This document shows positions 31,994 through 41,846 of a stretch of DNA of 64,000 nucleotides, piece after piece. Both the position numbers and the translations under genes were made by a program. How positions within the stretch are numbered: the first letter of the stretch is position 1; every line of letters starts with the position of its first letter. The notes under the pieces were generated by a model that searched no databases, was not told where the DNA came from, and saw only the letters and a list, made by a program, of their open reading frames with translations. This DNA is from an uncultured Gemmatimonadota bacterium. GTDB taxonomy: Bacteria > SM23-81 > DAOVCL01. Where the stretch lies: the NCBI GenBank assembly GCA_964626665.1, contig CAZVGK010000014.1, forward strand, positions 14,926 to 78,925, read 5' to 3'.

Positions 31994-32344
31994 CTATTTT
32001 TCTTCTATATTCTCCAAAACCTTTTGAATCAGAGGCTTAATTTCTGGAATATGTTGGGTGACGGTCTTCCATACTACCTTCAAATCAACACCGAAATACT
32101 CGTGAATAACTTTATCCCTCATTCCAGCCATATCCTTCCAAGGAACCTCTGGATATTTATCTATGATCGATTTTGGGATATGTTTTGTAGCCTCACCAAT
32201 AATCTCAATTGCCCTTATCACTGCAAAGATTGTCTTTCTGTCTTCTGCGAAATCTTTAAATTCTGACTCTTTTACAAATTCTTCAATAGCATTTACAGAA
32301 TCAAGTATGTCTTGTATGTAATCCCCGAATTCTCGCTTTTTCAT
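31994..32344 (-). CDS. HepT/DUF86 HEPN ribonuclease toxin
   Basis: EIIGEA, RDKVIHEY (RX4HXY). Confidence 0.92.
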   Translation of the reverse strand: MKKREFGDYIQDILDSVNAIEEFVKESEFKDFAEDRKTIFAVIRAIEIIGEATKHIPKSIIDKYPEVPWKDMAGMRDKVIHEYFGVDLKVVWKTVTQHIPEIKPLIQKVLENIEEK

Positions 32345-32643
32345 ATATACACCACCTCTCTTAAGATGTGTTTGCCTATTCTTGGCTTTAAGGCACTTTT
32401 CATAACCAAATCAACTTTTTCTCCTATAAGTTCAGATAGCTCTCTTTCTAATGCTACAAAATCCAAAAGACTTACTACTTCATAAAACTCAACCAGTATA
32501 TCCACATCACTTCTTTTTCTCTCTTCTCCTCTCACCCTCGAGCCAAAGATACCAATTTCTTTTACCTTAAACCTCTCCTTTAAGAGAGGTTTGTTCTCTT
32601 TTAGTATCCTTTCTATTTCGTTAAGTTCTTTTCTTGTGATCAT
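32341..32643 (-). CDS. MNT antitoxin
   Basis: IFGSRVRGE....SDVDILV. Confidence 0.92.
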   Translation of the reverse strand: MITRKELNEIERILKENKPLLKERFKVKEIGIFGSRVRGEERKRSDVDILVEFYEVVSLLDFVALERELSELIGEKVDLVMKSALKPRIGKHILREVVYI

Positions 32644-32644
32644 T

Positions 32645-33055
32645 CTAACTCTTCTTGGCGCAAAACTTAGCTATGTTAATAGCTTTATCTCTACCTGGTA
32701 ACTTTCCATACATCTCTTCAAATTTCTCTCTCCAGACGGATTGTTTTACGGTTTTGATTTCATCTTCGGTGAGTTCATAAAGATCATAGACTAATCTGCC
32801 TATGGCAAGGTCAATCTCAGTTATTTCTTTATCAAGTGCTTTTACGAGAACCCGCAGAATGCCCCGTCCTTTGGACGGGGATGAATGCGTGGGTGGTGCC
32901 GGGCCCAAGAAATCGCGGTGGCGGAACCATGAATTGGGCGAAATGCCCCGCACTTTGGGCGGGGATAGTCCAATTCAAGCGATTTCTTTACCTTTTTCTG
33001 GGCATCTTTAAATTTCCCGTATCCTTCTGAGAGTTCTTCTGTAAATTGCCCATGG
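32645..33055 (-). pseudogene. C-terminal remnant of a restriction-modification methyltransferase, interrupted by a MITE
   Basis: EIDLAIGRLVYDLYELTEDEI resembles type IIG/Eco57I-like C-termini; protein-like reading resumes upstream of the insertion. Confidence 0.6.
32841..32972 (-). mobile_element. IS200/IS605-end-like palindromic mini-element
   Basis: Two CCCCG...CGGGG hairpins; same end motifs as 59213-59371. Confidence 0.65.
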
Positions 33056-33056
33056 A

Positions 33057-33155
33057 GAGGGTCACATCTTTGTTCTTAATTTTGCGAGTGAAAAGCTGGT
33101 TAATGCTTATATAAATAACTTAAGACATCGAAAGTCAAAAGTAAAGATATGACTC
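33057..33155 (+). repeat. About 100-bp repeat, copy 1 (IR GGGTCACATCTTT / AAAGATATGAC)
   Basis: Direct repeat of 36083-36184. Confidence 0.85.
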
Positions 33156-33166
33156 TTTCTCATTCT

Positions 33167-33574
33167 TTAAATCAACTCAATACCGAGTTTTTTAAGATAT
33201 CTAATCATAGTATCATAAAAATCTTCCGCATCATTTATTCTTTTCTCTACCCGTTCTTGCTCGGGAGAAAAAGCAACATCATAATCGGCTAAGTAACGCT
33301 CGTCTTGTTCCTCACTTAGTATTTTCGAATACTTTGGCTCAATCTTACCTGTTTTTATCAGATGCAAACCGAACAGTCTTTTGACTGCTTCATGCGAACT
33401 AACCGTCACACTTTCACTGAGCAAAACTGCCTTTGCCGCATGTAAGACTGCATAATATGAACGAGAAATGGCGTCTTCAAAAAGACCTTCCTCAAACAGT
33501 CTTTTTGCAGATTTCAATGACTTCTGGCTTCTTGATATTTCCTTCTCTATCTCTTCTTTATTTAACGGTTTCAT
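33167..33574 (-). CDS. HEPN domain protein (UPF0332-like)
   Basis: AISRSYYAVLHAAKA, SHEAV, RYLADY. Confidence 0.88.
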   Translation of the reverse strand: MKPLNKEEIEKEISRSQKSLKSAKRLFEEGLFEDAISRSYYAVLHAAKAVLLSESVTVSSHEAVKRLFGLHLIKTGKIEPKYSKILSEEQDERYLADYDVAFSPEQERVEKRINDAEDFYDTMIRYLKKLGIELI

Positions 33575-33900
33575 ATTACTACTCCCTCCGATTCAATATT
33601 TTTTATAAACTGAAAGCTATTATTCCGGAGGTAATTCATATGGGATTCTGAAATAACCTGTATGGATAACCGATAATCTATATGCTCATCTAAATCATAT
33701 CCAATTTCTCTGATTTCATCACCCTTCCTCCAATCATCGGAAGAAGTAATAACCAAAATGTCGATATCGGAATTTTTTTTAGCATCTCCTCTTGCCTTTG
33801 AACCATACACTACTATCTTTACGATTTCATCAGCAAATTCATCCTTTACTCTTTCTTCAAATTCCTCAATTACTTTTTTCTCCTTTAATGTCAATTTCAT
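33571..33900 (-). CDS. MNT nucleotidyltransferase
   Basis: YGSKARGD....SDIDILV. Confidence 0.9.
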   Translation of the reverse strand: MKLTLKEKKVIEEFEERVKDEFADEIVKIVVYGSKARGDAKKNSDIDILVITSSDDWRKGDEIREIGYDLDEHIDYRLSIQVISESHMNYLRNNSFQFIKNIESEGVVI

Positions 33901-34112
33901 TTTATCTTTCCTCTCTCATCGAGGGGAAGGGATTTCATACAGCCAAGAAGAATTGCCCGGAAAAAACAGGAGGCCCGGCGAGCAAACCACTTGTGCATCT
34001 GATAGATGGGTTTAAAGGTGTTCCTCTCGGGAATCGCCAGCCGATTTATTTCCGCGATGGGAAAAGAGTCTTCAATTGCATATTTAACAGAGCCTTGCGT
34101 TGAGTTCCACAC
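33897..34112 (-). pseudogene. N-terminal fragment of a DUF1156/COG1743-type adenine methyltransferase
   Basis: AIEDSFPIAEIN...HKWFARR..FRAILL; only 71 aa. Confidence 0.7.
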
Positions 34113-34283
34113 TATCTTCTCCTCTTGAAATGTAGCAATCTAAATCAGAAATAGAGCGGTTTAAAACTGAAAAAGTAACATCCCAGAGTGTTTCATTTCA
34201 GTTTCTGATTATGGGACAGTTTCACAGTTTATGGGGCAGTCTAAAACTTACCAATGCCCAAATCAAAGTGTTCCATAAATCCG

Positions 34284-35933
34284 CTAAGATTGTTTCATTT
34301 TATATTTAGTGCCTCTAGTTTTTCCTTCTTTCTTGAAAATCCCTAAGGCTACAAGTCGTTGAGTAACTCTTTTAGCTTTGTGTCTTGGAATTGATAAAAG
34401 CTTCTGGATATCTTCGTTTTTGATAAATCCTTTTTCTCTTAATGTACCCATAAGAACTCTGTATTCGTCAGGAAGCTTATTTAAATTTTTCTCTTTTTGC
34501 GATAAGATTTTATAAATTCTACCTCTTTTCTTAGGTAACTCTACTATACCCTTTTTTACCATCTCTTTGATTTCTTTAGATGCACCATAAATATCTACAC
34601 CGCATACTCTCTGGTAATTCCTGCTTGTGAAGGAATTTTCATGCGCACGAGCAAAAAGTAACATTCGTTTTTGATTAGGATTAAGGTTTGCTCCCTTAAA
34701 TTGCTCAAGCCATTCCAGATCATCGATTGAGTACATGGGCTGGTTTTTTAAGATGACAGAAAATAAAGAATCCGCCACGATCTCAATCTTCGGAGGATAC
34801 AGTCCGTTCTTTTCCATTTCTTCAAACATCCTCGGAATACCTTCACCAGTTTCTCGCATATATCCCAAATCAGTCAGTACACGGACAATGAGTGGATTTC
34901 TGCTGGCATGAACTCGTTCCCTTCTAAGAATTCTTTCCAGGGTGACCGGCTCAGGAGGCAGACCAGGACTCCGAATCTCTATTCGATCATCAAACATCCA
35001 TACCTCAATGGACAATCCCTGAATACTGTAATCTCGGTGAGCAACAGCATTTACAATTGCCTCTTGCCAGGCAAAAGTAGGATATTCAAACTTTTCGACA
35101 AAGAACAGGTCGTGAAGATATTGCCGTTCTTTGATCTGGGCAAAAATTGTTTTGTATGTTTCTTCAACCAGCTTTACCAAAGGCGATTCTATCCTTGCTC
35201 TTTTGATGATGTTTAATTCTCTGCCCACCTTTCTTTCTGTGCCTTCATATTTGATGAAATCAACACCACATCTGGGGTGCCAGCGGAGAGGATCTTTCCC
35301 GAAGAGCAGAAGGGTGGCCAACTTAAACTTGGGATTTCCATTATCGTAATCTATTAAGCGATACTCAAATGATATTTCTTCAGGGCTTTTGTCTATTCCT
35401 ATTCTTTTGCCAAAGTCTACGACAAGTTCTTTAGAAATATCATTCCAGGAGGCAGATGGTTCAATACGACTTTCAAAAATAGCCTTTCTTTTTCCAGACT
35501 TAAGCAGTTCAATCTGATCTGCAGGAAAAGGCGTATTTGAATCACCAATGCGCAGAAGATAGCGACCATCGGTCAGTTGATATACATCGGGCATCCAATT
35601 GACAGTGAAAAGGAAGAGTCGCTTTCCCTGGAAGGATATTTCATTGATATTAGCCCGCAAGGGGGGCTTTATCAGGTTCTTGGGAGCATACTGGATGACT
35701 CTGAGCCTATCTTTTGGAAAATCAACCCCTGAGACATTTCCATCATCGTCCACCCCCAGCAAAAGAGTACCCCCGTCAGCATTGGCAAAGGCTGATAATG
35801 TCTCAGCAACATCTCTGGCAACATCCCTCGCCTTTCGGAGTTTCCACCGCCCAATGTATTCATAACAGCTTTTCCGTTCAAGAAACTGACCTTCAGGTTG
35901 CCGGAGTAGTCGCTTAATACTGATTGTATTCAT
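34284..35933 (-). CDS. AlbA_2/Schlafen domain + HATPase_c_4 + wHTH protein
   Basis: EGQFLERKS, AFANADGG, EAIVNAVAHRDY, SRNP, GEGI. Confidence 0.88.
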   Translation of the reverse strand: MNTISIKRLLRQPEGQFLERKSCYEYIGRWKLRKARDVARDVAETLSAFANADGGTLLLGVDDDGNVSGVDFPKDRLRVIQYAPKNLIKPPLRANINEISFQGKRLFLFTVNWMPDVYQLTDGRYLLRIGDSNTPFPADQIELLKSGKRKAIFESRIEPSASWNDISKELVVDFGKRIGIDKSPEEISFEYRLIDYDNGNPKFKLATLLLFGKDPLRWHPRCGVDFIKYEGTERKVGRELNIIKRARIESPLVKLVEETYKTIFAQIKERQYLHDLFFVEKFEYPTFAWQEAIVNAVAHRDYSIQGLSIEVWMFDDRIEIRSPGLPPEPVTLERILRRERVHASRNPLIVRVLTDLGYMRETGEGIPRMFEEMEKNGLYPPKIEIVADSLFSVILKNQPMYSIDDLEWLEQFKGANLNPNQKRMLLFARAHENSFTSRNYQRVCGVDIYGASKEIKEMVKKGIVELPKKRGRIYKILSQKEKNLNKLPDEYRVLMGTLREKGFIKNEDIQKLLSIPRHKAKRVTQRLVALGIFKKEGKTRGTKYKMKQS

Positions 35934-35941
35934 GTCTTTTC

Positions 35942-36079
35942 CTATTCTAAAATAATCCAGGGTACTAACATCTCCAGTATTGAAAGTCCCCCGTGTTTGT
36001 ATACTCCACTGGCCGCCTTACCCGGAGGATGAGTTTGGATACATCCCCTCAAAATAGCAACATTACGGTTAGCACATGT
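35942..36079 (-). pseudogene. C-terminal fragment of a PglZ-like protein
   Basis: Manual translation ...VAILRGCIQTHPPGKAASGVYKHGGLSILEMLVPWIILE*; HGG.S..E..VP is the PglZ-type C-terminal motif. Confidence 0.6.
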
Positions 36080-36082
36080 GGA

Positions 36083-36184
36083 GGGGGTCACATCTTTATT
36101 CTTGATTTTTGCGAGTGAAAGGCTGGTTAATGCTCATATTAACAACCTAAGACATCGAAAAGTCAAAAGTAAAGATATGACCCC
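36083..36184 (+). repeat. About 100-bp repeat, copy 2
   Basis: GGGGTCACATCTTTA...TAAAGATATGACCCC; direct repeat of 33057-33155. Confidence 0.85.
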
Positions 36185-36253
36185 TCCCTCATGAATAATT
36201 ATTTCTGGTCAAATATATAAACAATGTTTTTATACTTTATGAACATGTTCATA

Positions 36254-36370
36254 TTATTTATGCTTTTGTTCATAATATGCACCTTTTCTTTCACCCTTTA
36301 AAACAAGTATCTTTTTACCAACTAGCTTTTTCAATAAATGTGTGGCTTGTCTTGAACTCGACTTTGCCAT
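36254..36370 (-). pseudogene. wHTH C-terminal fragment
   Basis: MAKSSSRQATHLLKKLVGKKILVLKGERKGAYYE resembles the C-terminus of the AlbA-type protein. Confidence 0.45.
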
Positions 36371-36661
36371 TTTTTTACTCGGTCATTTCCTGGAAGCTTG
36401 TCCTCAATTCTAATCGGGGAGTTAGAACCAGGTTCTGTTGTATATAGATCCCTGCTTTCGCAGGAATGACATTATTATAGTAGCAGAAGCAGTTGGGAAA
36501 TAGCTAAAGCCAACCCAAAGTAATAAGCTAATCTATTTGTAAGTCCTTGTTTTTAAAGCCTTATTCATTGCCAGAATCGATTTGGGGAAATGGCCAAAGT
36601 CGATACATAAACAGTTGATTTGATAGATATTCAAGATGTAAGTAGCATCTATTTGTAGGCT

Positions 36662-37231
36662 TTACCTTCGGGATACATACTTGTTCCCCTTTATGTAGAA
36701 CCTCCAATTTTTCTCCTTTCCACCAGATATCCCTACCCGGGGGGAGGAAGCAATCTCCCTTACCTTCTCTCCCCTATCTTCGATATAGAGCTGGTCCCCA
36801 CAGAGATCTATCCCGTTTAGGGAACCATCGATTCCCAAGGCTCTACAGAGCCTTCCCGGGCCATTGGTCAAATCGCTGCGACGGCCCCTTCTCCTCATCA
36901 TAATCTCTAAACCATCCACAGGCTCCAGTGCCCGGATGAGCACGGCAGCAGGCATCCCTGGCTGCTCAGTGACCACATTGAGACAGTGATACATTCCATA
37001 GATGAAGTAGATGTAAGCGTAACCGGGTGGGCCGAACATCAACCTACTACGAGGGGTATAGCCGAATCTGGCATGGGAGGCCTGATCGTCTAAACCAAAA
37101 TAGGCCTCCGTCTCCACGATGCGGCCGGAGAGGATCCCATCCTTCGTGCGATGGATGAGGTGCTTGCCTAAGATCTCCCTGGCCAGGGTTAAGGTAGGAG
37201 CAGAGTAAAAATCCCGCTTGAGCTTTCCCAT
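36662..37231 (-). CDS. mpg: DNA-3-methyladenine glycosylase (MPG family)
   Basis: IVETEAY, YFIYGMYHCLN, AVLIRA, NGPGRL; probable start MGKLKR. Confidence 0.93.
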   Translation of the reverse strand: MGKLKRDFYSAPTLTLAREILGKHLIHRTKDGILSGRIVETEAYFGLDDQASHARFGYTPRSRLMFGPPGYAYIYFIYGMYHCLNVVTEQPGMPAAVLIRALEPVDGLEIMMRRRGRRSDLTNGPGRLCRALGIDGSLNGIDLCGDQLYIEDRGEKVREIASSPRVGISGGKEKNWRFYIKGNKYVSRR

Positions 37232-37281
37232 AAAAATAGATGGCCGACGGTTCATCCGCCGACCATCAGGCAAAGAATAGA

Positions 37282-37575
37282 CTATCCCCGGCGGAAATTC
37301 CGCAAGAACTGGTTAGCCTGGGCAAGGAATTCGTCACAGTCGACCTCAAATTTGGTCATCCGGGAGAGCTCCCGCTTGAACCTCGTTGATCCCTTTCTCT
37401 GTTTCTCCTTTATAGCATCGGTGAGGGAGATAAACCTCTTCTTCAGGTTCTCCCCTCTCCTTTGCAGTGCCTTATCCTTCCCCTTCAGCGAGGCCACCAC
37501 CTCTAAGAAAGAGCTCTTCTCCAATTTGGAGGCCAAACTCCTGTGGGCCTCCAACAACAGATCAATATCCCCCAT
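37282..37575 (-). CDS. Hypothetical helical protein
   Basis: ORF tightly packed in the operon; no family recognised. Confidence 0.6.
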   Translation of the reverse strand: MGDIDLLLEAHRSLASKLEKSSFLEVVASLKGKDKALQRRGENLKKRFISLTDAIKEKQRKGSTRFKRELSRMTKFEVDCDEFLAQANQFLRNFRRG

Positions 37576-37578
37576 ATA

Positions 37579-38229
37579 TTAGCCTCCTCTTTCCTCTTGG
37601 TTGGCCTTTTTGAACATCTCCCTGGACTTCTCCCCCATATTTGCCTTGCTATAGAGGATGCCCAAATACCAGTATGCCTTCCGATAATTCGGGTAGTCCC
37701 TTAAGAGTTTTTCATAGGCTGCAATGGCCTTTTCCTGCATATCGGCCATATAATAGGCTTTGGCCAAATAAAATTGGCTCTCAGAATGGTCAGGGGAGAA
37801 GAAGATGGCCTTCTCCAACTCGGGAACGGCCTGGGAATACAGGCCCTTTTTGAAGTAGACTGCCCCTAAATTGAAATGTAGCTCTCCGTTCTTCGGCTCG
37901 ATCTTCATCGCCCTTTTCAGATCGGCAATGGCCTCATCGAAGAAACCCTTCTCCGCGTAGGTGGCCCCCAAGTTACAGTAAGCCTCCACACAACCAGGGG
38001 CAAGCTGGATAACAAGCTTGAACTCCTCCACCGCCTTCTCAAAGTTTCCTTCCCGGTCGTAGACTATCCCCAGGTTGTTTCTGGCCTTGATATGCTGGGG
38101 AGCAAAGGCCAAAACCTTCTTGTATTCGGCTATGGCCTGCGCATACTTGCCCTCTTGAAACAGTTTCTTGCCCCTTTGGTAATGAACCTCAACATCTGAG
38201 GTCCCGTTTTCTAATTCCCGCTCCTTCAT
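37579..38229 (-). CDS. Tetratricopeptide repeat protein
   Basis: About six TPR repeats; probable start MKERE with ATGA overlap. Confidence 0.9.
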   Translation of the reverse strand: MKERELENGTSDVEVHYQRGKKLFQEGKYAQAIAEYKKVLAFAPQHIKARNNLGIVYDREGNFEKAVEEFKLVIQLAPGCVEAYCNLGATYAEKGFFDEAIADLKRAMKIEPKNGELHFNLGAVYFKKGLYSQAVPELEKAIFFSPDHSESQFYLAKAYYMADMQEKAIAAYEKLLRDYPNYRKAYWYLGILYSKANMGEKSREMFKKANQEERGG

Positions 38230-39470
38230 ACAAGATCCTTCTCCCAATCCTCCCCATTGGGGCCTAAAACAGAGAGAAAAAAACCTGGAGAAGAGAAACA
38301 CTCCTTGGCCACCCGGGTTACCGCCTCTTTATCCACCGCATCGACCTCCTTCAGGGTTCTGCTCAGGGAGAGATACTTCCCTAAGAAAAACTCTAACTGG
38401 GCCAATCTCTCCATCCGGGCGGTGGTGCTCTCCTGAGAGAGAACCAGAGCACCCTTTAACCGCGACTTGGCATAGGCCAGCTCCTGGTCGGTTATTCCCT
38501 GAGAGGTAAGTCTCTCCAGTTCGGAGAGGACAAGCTGCAAGGCCTCCCTGGCCTTCTGATGGTTGGCCCCCAAATATATGCCAAAGACACCAGCATCCCG
38601 GAAGAAGTCCAAAAAGGAATAGATGTTATAGGCCAGACCATTCCTCTGCCTTACGGTTTGGAAGAGACGAGAGCCCATCCCATCACCTAAGATGTTATTC
38701 AGAAAGAGAAGGGGATAGCGGCGTCGGTCAGAGAAGGAATAGGCGGGGATCCCCAATACCATATGGGTCAGGGAGGTGTCCTTCTCAGTTACCTGCAACC
38801 TTTTGGGTGAGGAAGTAGGAGGGTCTCCTCGGGGCACGAGGGAAGAGGGGAAGAGGTGAAATGACTTCTCCACCAAAGATAGCAGTTCCTTATGGCTAAG
38901 GTTCCCGGCAGCGGCCACCACCATCTTTCCCGGGACATAGTTCCTCTCGAAAAAACCCATTAAATTCTCTCTGGTTAGGGAGGAGACCATCTCGCTGCTC
39001 CCCAGGATAAACCTCCCCATAGGATGCCCCTCCCAGAGAAGCTTGATGAAGTTGTCCATCACCAATTCACTGGGGGAATCCTCCATATCTTTAATCTCCT
39101 CTAAGACAACTTTCCTCTCCCTTTCTATCTGCTCCGGGGCAAATACGGAGTTCTGAATGAGGTCGGAGAGAACATCCAAGGCCAAAGCAAGGTCTTCATC
39201 CAAAACCCGGGCCAAATAGCAGGTATTCTCCCGACTGGTGAAGGCGTTTAGCTGTCCTCCCACGGACTCCAGGGATTTGGCAATCTCCTCATCAGACCTG
39301 TTCTTCGTCCCCTTGAAGAGCATATGCTCGATGAAATGGGAGATGCCCGACTGCCCAGGAGGATCATCCCGGGAGCCAACATCCAACCAGACCCCCAAGG
39401 AGATAGATCGCACCCAGGGGACCCTCTGGCTGAGCACCTTGATTCCGTTGGGAAGGAGGGACTTGCGCAT
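38226..39470 (-). CDS. M16 family zinc peptidase
   Basis: HFIEH motif, LNAFTSRE; follows pnp. Confidence 0.93.
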   Translation of the reverse strand: MRKSLLPNGIKVLSQRVPWVRSISLGVWLDVGSRDDPPGQSGISHFIEHMLFKGTKNRSDEEIAKSLESVGGQLNAFTSRENTCYLARVLDEDLALALDVLSDLIQNSVFAPEQIERERKVVLEEIKDMEDSPSELVMDNFIKLLWEGHPMGRFILGSSEMVSSLTRENLMGFFERNYVPGKMVVAAAGNLSHKELLSLVEKSFHLFPSSLVPRGDPPTSSPKRLQVTEKDTSLTHMVLGIPAYSFSDRRRYPLLFLNNILGDGMGSRLFQTVRQRNGLAYNIYSFLDFFRDAGVFGIYLGANHQKAREALQLVLSELERLTSQGITDQELAYAKSRLKGALVLSQESTTARMERLAQLEFFLGKYLSLSRTLKEVDAVDKEAVTRVAKECFSSPGFFLSVLGPNGEDWEKDLV

Positions 39471-39471
39471 C

Positions 39472-41562
39472 CTACCTTCTCCTCTCCCGGGGAAGAAGGG
39501 CCTTCCTGCTCAACCTGATCTTACCTTGCGGATCTATCCCAATCACCTTTACCTGGACCTTATCCCCCACCTGCAAGACATCTCCCACCTTTCCAATCCG
39601 TTTGTGATCGATCTCTGAGATATGCAGGAGCCCCTCATGTTGAGGTAATATCGCCACAAAGGCCCCAAAATCCACCACCCTCTTCACCGTTCCTTCATAA
39701 GATCGACCGAGTTCGGGCTCCTCGATAATGTGATCTATCAACTCCTTGGCCTGCAACCCCGATGATTGATCGGTGGCGGCAATGGTCACCGTGCCATCAT
39801 CGTCTATATCAATCTTGGCTTGAGTTTCCTCTATTATCTTCCGAATCATCTTTCCCCCGGGACCGATGATTTCCCCTATCTTGTCCTGAGGAACCTTAAA
39901 GCTTGTGATGCGGGGAGCATAGGAGGAAAGCTGGGAACGCGGCTGGGAGATGGTATGATCCATAATCTCCAGGATCCTCAATCGGGCGACCTGCGACTTC
40001 TCCAGAACCTCCCCGAGGATTTGGGAATTGATTCCCTCCACCTTTAGGTCCATCTGGAACCCAGTTATCCCCTCCATCGTCCCCGCCACCTTGAAGTCCA
40101 TATCCCCATAATGGTCCTCTGCTCCCAAGATATCGGTAAGCACAACCCAATCCTCCCCCTCCTTGATCAACCCCATAGCCACCCCGGAGACACCGGTTTT
40201 GATGGGGACACCGGCATCCATCAGGGAGAGGCTGCTTCCACAAACCGTAGCCATTGAGGATGAGCCATTGGACTCCAAGATATCCGAAACAATCCTTACG
40301 GTGTAAGGAAAAACCTCATCTGTGGGGATGACCGGCTGAATGGACCGCTCTGCCAGGGCGCCATGGCCAATCTCCCTCCTCCCTGGGCCCCTGATGGGCT
40401 TCACCTCCCCGACGCTGAAGGGGGGGAAATTATAGTGTAGCATATAGCTCTTCCAGGATTCACCCTCTAAATCGTCGATCTTCTGTTCATCCATCTTTGA
40501 CCCTAAAGTGGTTACCACCAGACTCTGGGTCTCACCCCTGGTAAAGAGCGCTGAACCATGGGTGCGCGGGAGGATCCCCACCTCACAGCTTATAGGACGC
40601 AGATCATCTGGGCCTCGCCCATCAATGCGCAATCCCTTCCCCAAGACCCTCCCCCTCATATCCCTCTTCTCCAGCTCAGAGATGACCGCGGTTATCGCCC
40701 TCTCCTCATCAGGAAACCTCTTCCCCAATTTCTCCACGGTCTCCTTGATTATCCGGCGCAACACCTCCTCCCTCTCCAACTTCCCCGGGATGGTGTTTGC
40801 CTGGTTTACCCTCTCCGCGGCCAATTCCTCCACGGCCTCCCAGAGCTCCTTATCCACCTGAGGGGGGGTATACTCCCTCTGGGGCTGACCGCACTGCTGG
40901 ACAAGCTCATCTTGCATCTCTATGATCTGCGAAATGGCCTCCCGGGAGAAGTCCATCCCCTCTAAGAGGACCTTTTCGGAGACCTCCCGGGCAGATCCCT
41001 CCACCATAATAACATTCCCCTTGGTTCCCGCAATTACTAAATCGAGCTCGGATGAATCCAATTGGGAAAATGTCGGGTTGAGGAGATATTCCCCCCCTAC
41101 TCGGCCCACCCGCACCGCACCCACCGGGCCGCGGAAGGGAATACCGGAAAGGGAAACTGCCGCCGAGCCGCCGATCATCCCTAATGTGTCCGCATCGTTC
41201 TCCTGATCAGCAGAGAGCACAGTGACCATCACCTGGATCTCATAGGGAAAGTCCGCAGGGAAAAGAGGTCGCAGGGGGCGATCGATCAGCCTGGCAGATA
41301 GGGTCTCCTTTTCCCTGGGTCTCCCCTCCCTTTTGAAGAATCCGCCAGGGATCTTGCCGGCAGCATAGGCCTTCTCCCGATAATCAACAAAGAGGGGGAG
41401 AAACCCCCGCTCATAGTCCGGCTCCTGGGCAACCACAACTGTGGCCAAGATCACTGTATCCCCATATTTAACTGTCACTGCGCCATTGGCCTGTTTGGCC
41501 ACTTGGCCTGATTCAATGATCAACTTTCTCCCACCTAACTCCCTTTCAACTATATAAGCCAT
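39472..41562 (-). CDS. pnp: Polyribonucleotide nucleotidyltransferase
   Basis: GKIPGGFFKREG, RREIGHG, ESNGSSSMA, KH and S1 domains. Confidence 0.98.
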   Translation of the reverse strand: MAYIVERELGGRKLIIESGQVAKQANGAVTVKYGDTVILATVVVAQEPDYERGFLPLFVDYREKAYAAGKIPGGFFKREGRPREKETLSARLIDRPLRPLFPADFPYEIQVMVTVLSADQENDADTLGMIGGSAAVSLSGIPFRGPVGAVRVGRVGGEYLLNPTFSQLDSSELDLVIAGTKGNVIMVEGSAREVSEKVLLEGMDFSREAISQIIEMQDELVQQCGQPQREYTPPQVDKELWEAVEELAAERVNQANTIPGKLEREEVLRRIIKETVEKLGKRFPDEERAITAVISELEKRDMRGRVLGKGLRIDGRGPDDLRPISCEVGILPRTHGSALFTRGETQSLVVTTLGSKMDEQKIDDLEGESWKSYMLHYNFPPFSVGEVKPIRGPGRREIGHGALAERSIQPVIPTDEVFPYTVRIVSDILESNGSSSMATVCGSSLSLMDAGVPIKTGVSGVAMGLIKEGEDWVVLTDILGAEDHYGDMDFKVAGTMEGITGFQMDLKVEGINSQILGEVLEKSQVARLRILEIMDHTISQPRSQLSSYAPRITSFKVPQDKIGEIIGPGGKMIRKIIEETQAKIDIDDDGTVTIAATDQSSGLQAKELIDHIIEEPELGRSYEGTVKRVVDFGAFVAILPQHEGLLHISEIDHKRIGKVGDVLQVGDKVQVKVIGIDPQGKIRLSRKALLPRERRR

Positions 41563-41576
41563 TACAAAACCTCCAG

Positions 41577-41846
41577 TTATCTCCGAAGCTTCAACCTCTT
41601 AACTAGGTCAGAGTAGCGCTCCGGGTTTTCCCTCTCTAAATAGGCAAGCAACCTCTTTCTTCTTCCCACCATCTGCAGCAGTCCTCTACGGGAGTGATGA
41701 TCCTTCTTGTGAAGCTTAAAGTGCTTAATCAGGCCATTTATCCTATTGGTCAGAAGGGCGACCTGAACCTCGGCTGACCCCGTATCTGTAGCATGTAAGC
41801 CGAATTGCTTGACCAGCTTAACTTTCTGTTCCTTCTCCAAGGGCAA
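41577..41846 (-). CDS. rpsO: 30S ribosomal protein S15
   Basis: DTGSAEVQVALLT, KDHHSRRGL; TTG start after AAGGAGG gives 89 aa. Confidence 0.96.
   Translation of the reverse strand: MPLEKEQKVKLVKQFGLHATDTGSAEVQVALLTNRINGLIKHFKLHKKDHHSRRGLLQMVGRRKRLLAYLERENPERYSDLVKRLKLRR

Noticed and set aside
36480..36660. IS-end-like sequence (GCAGTTGGGAAATAGC...)
   Set aside because: No partner inverted repeat or transposase remnant was found.
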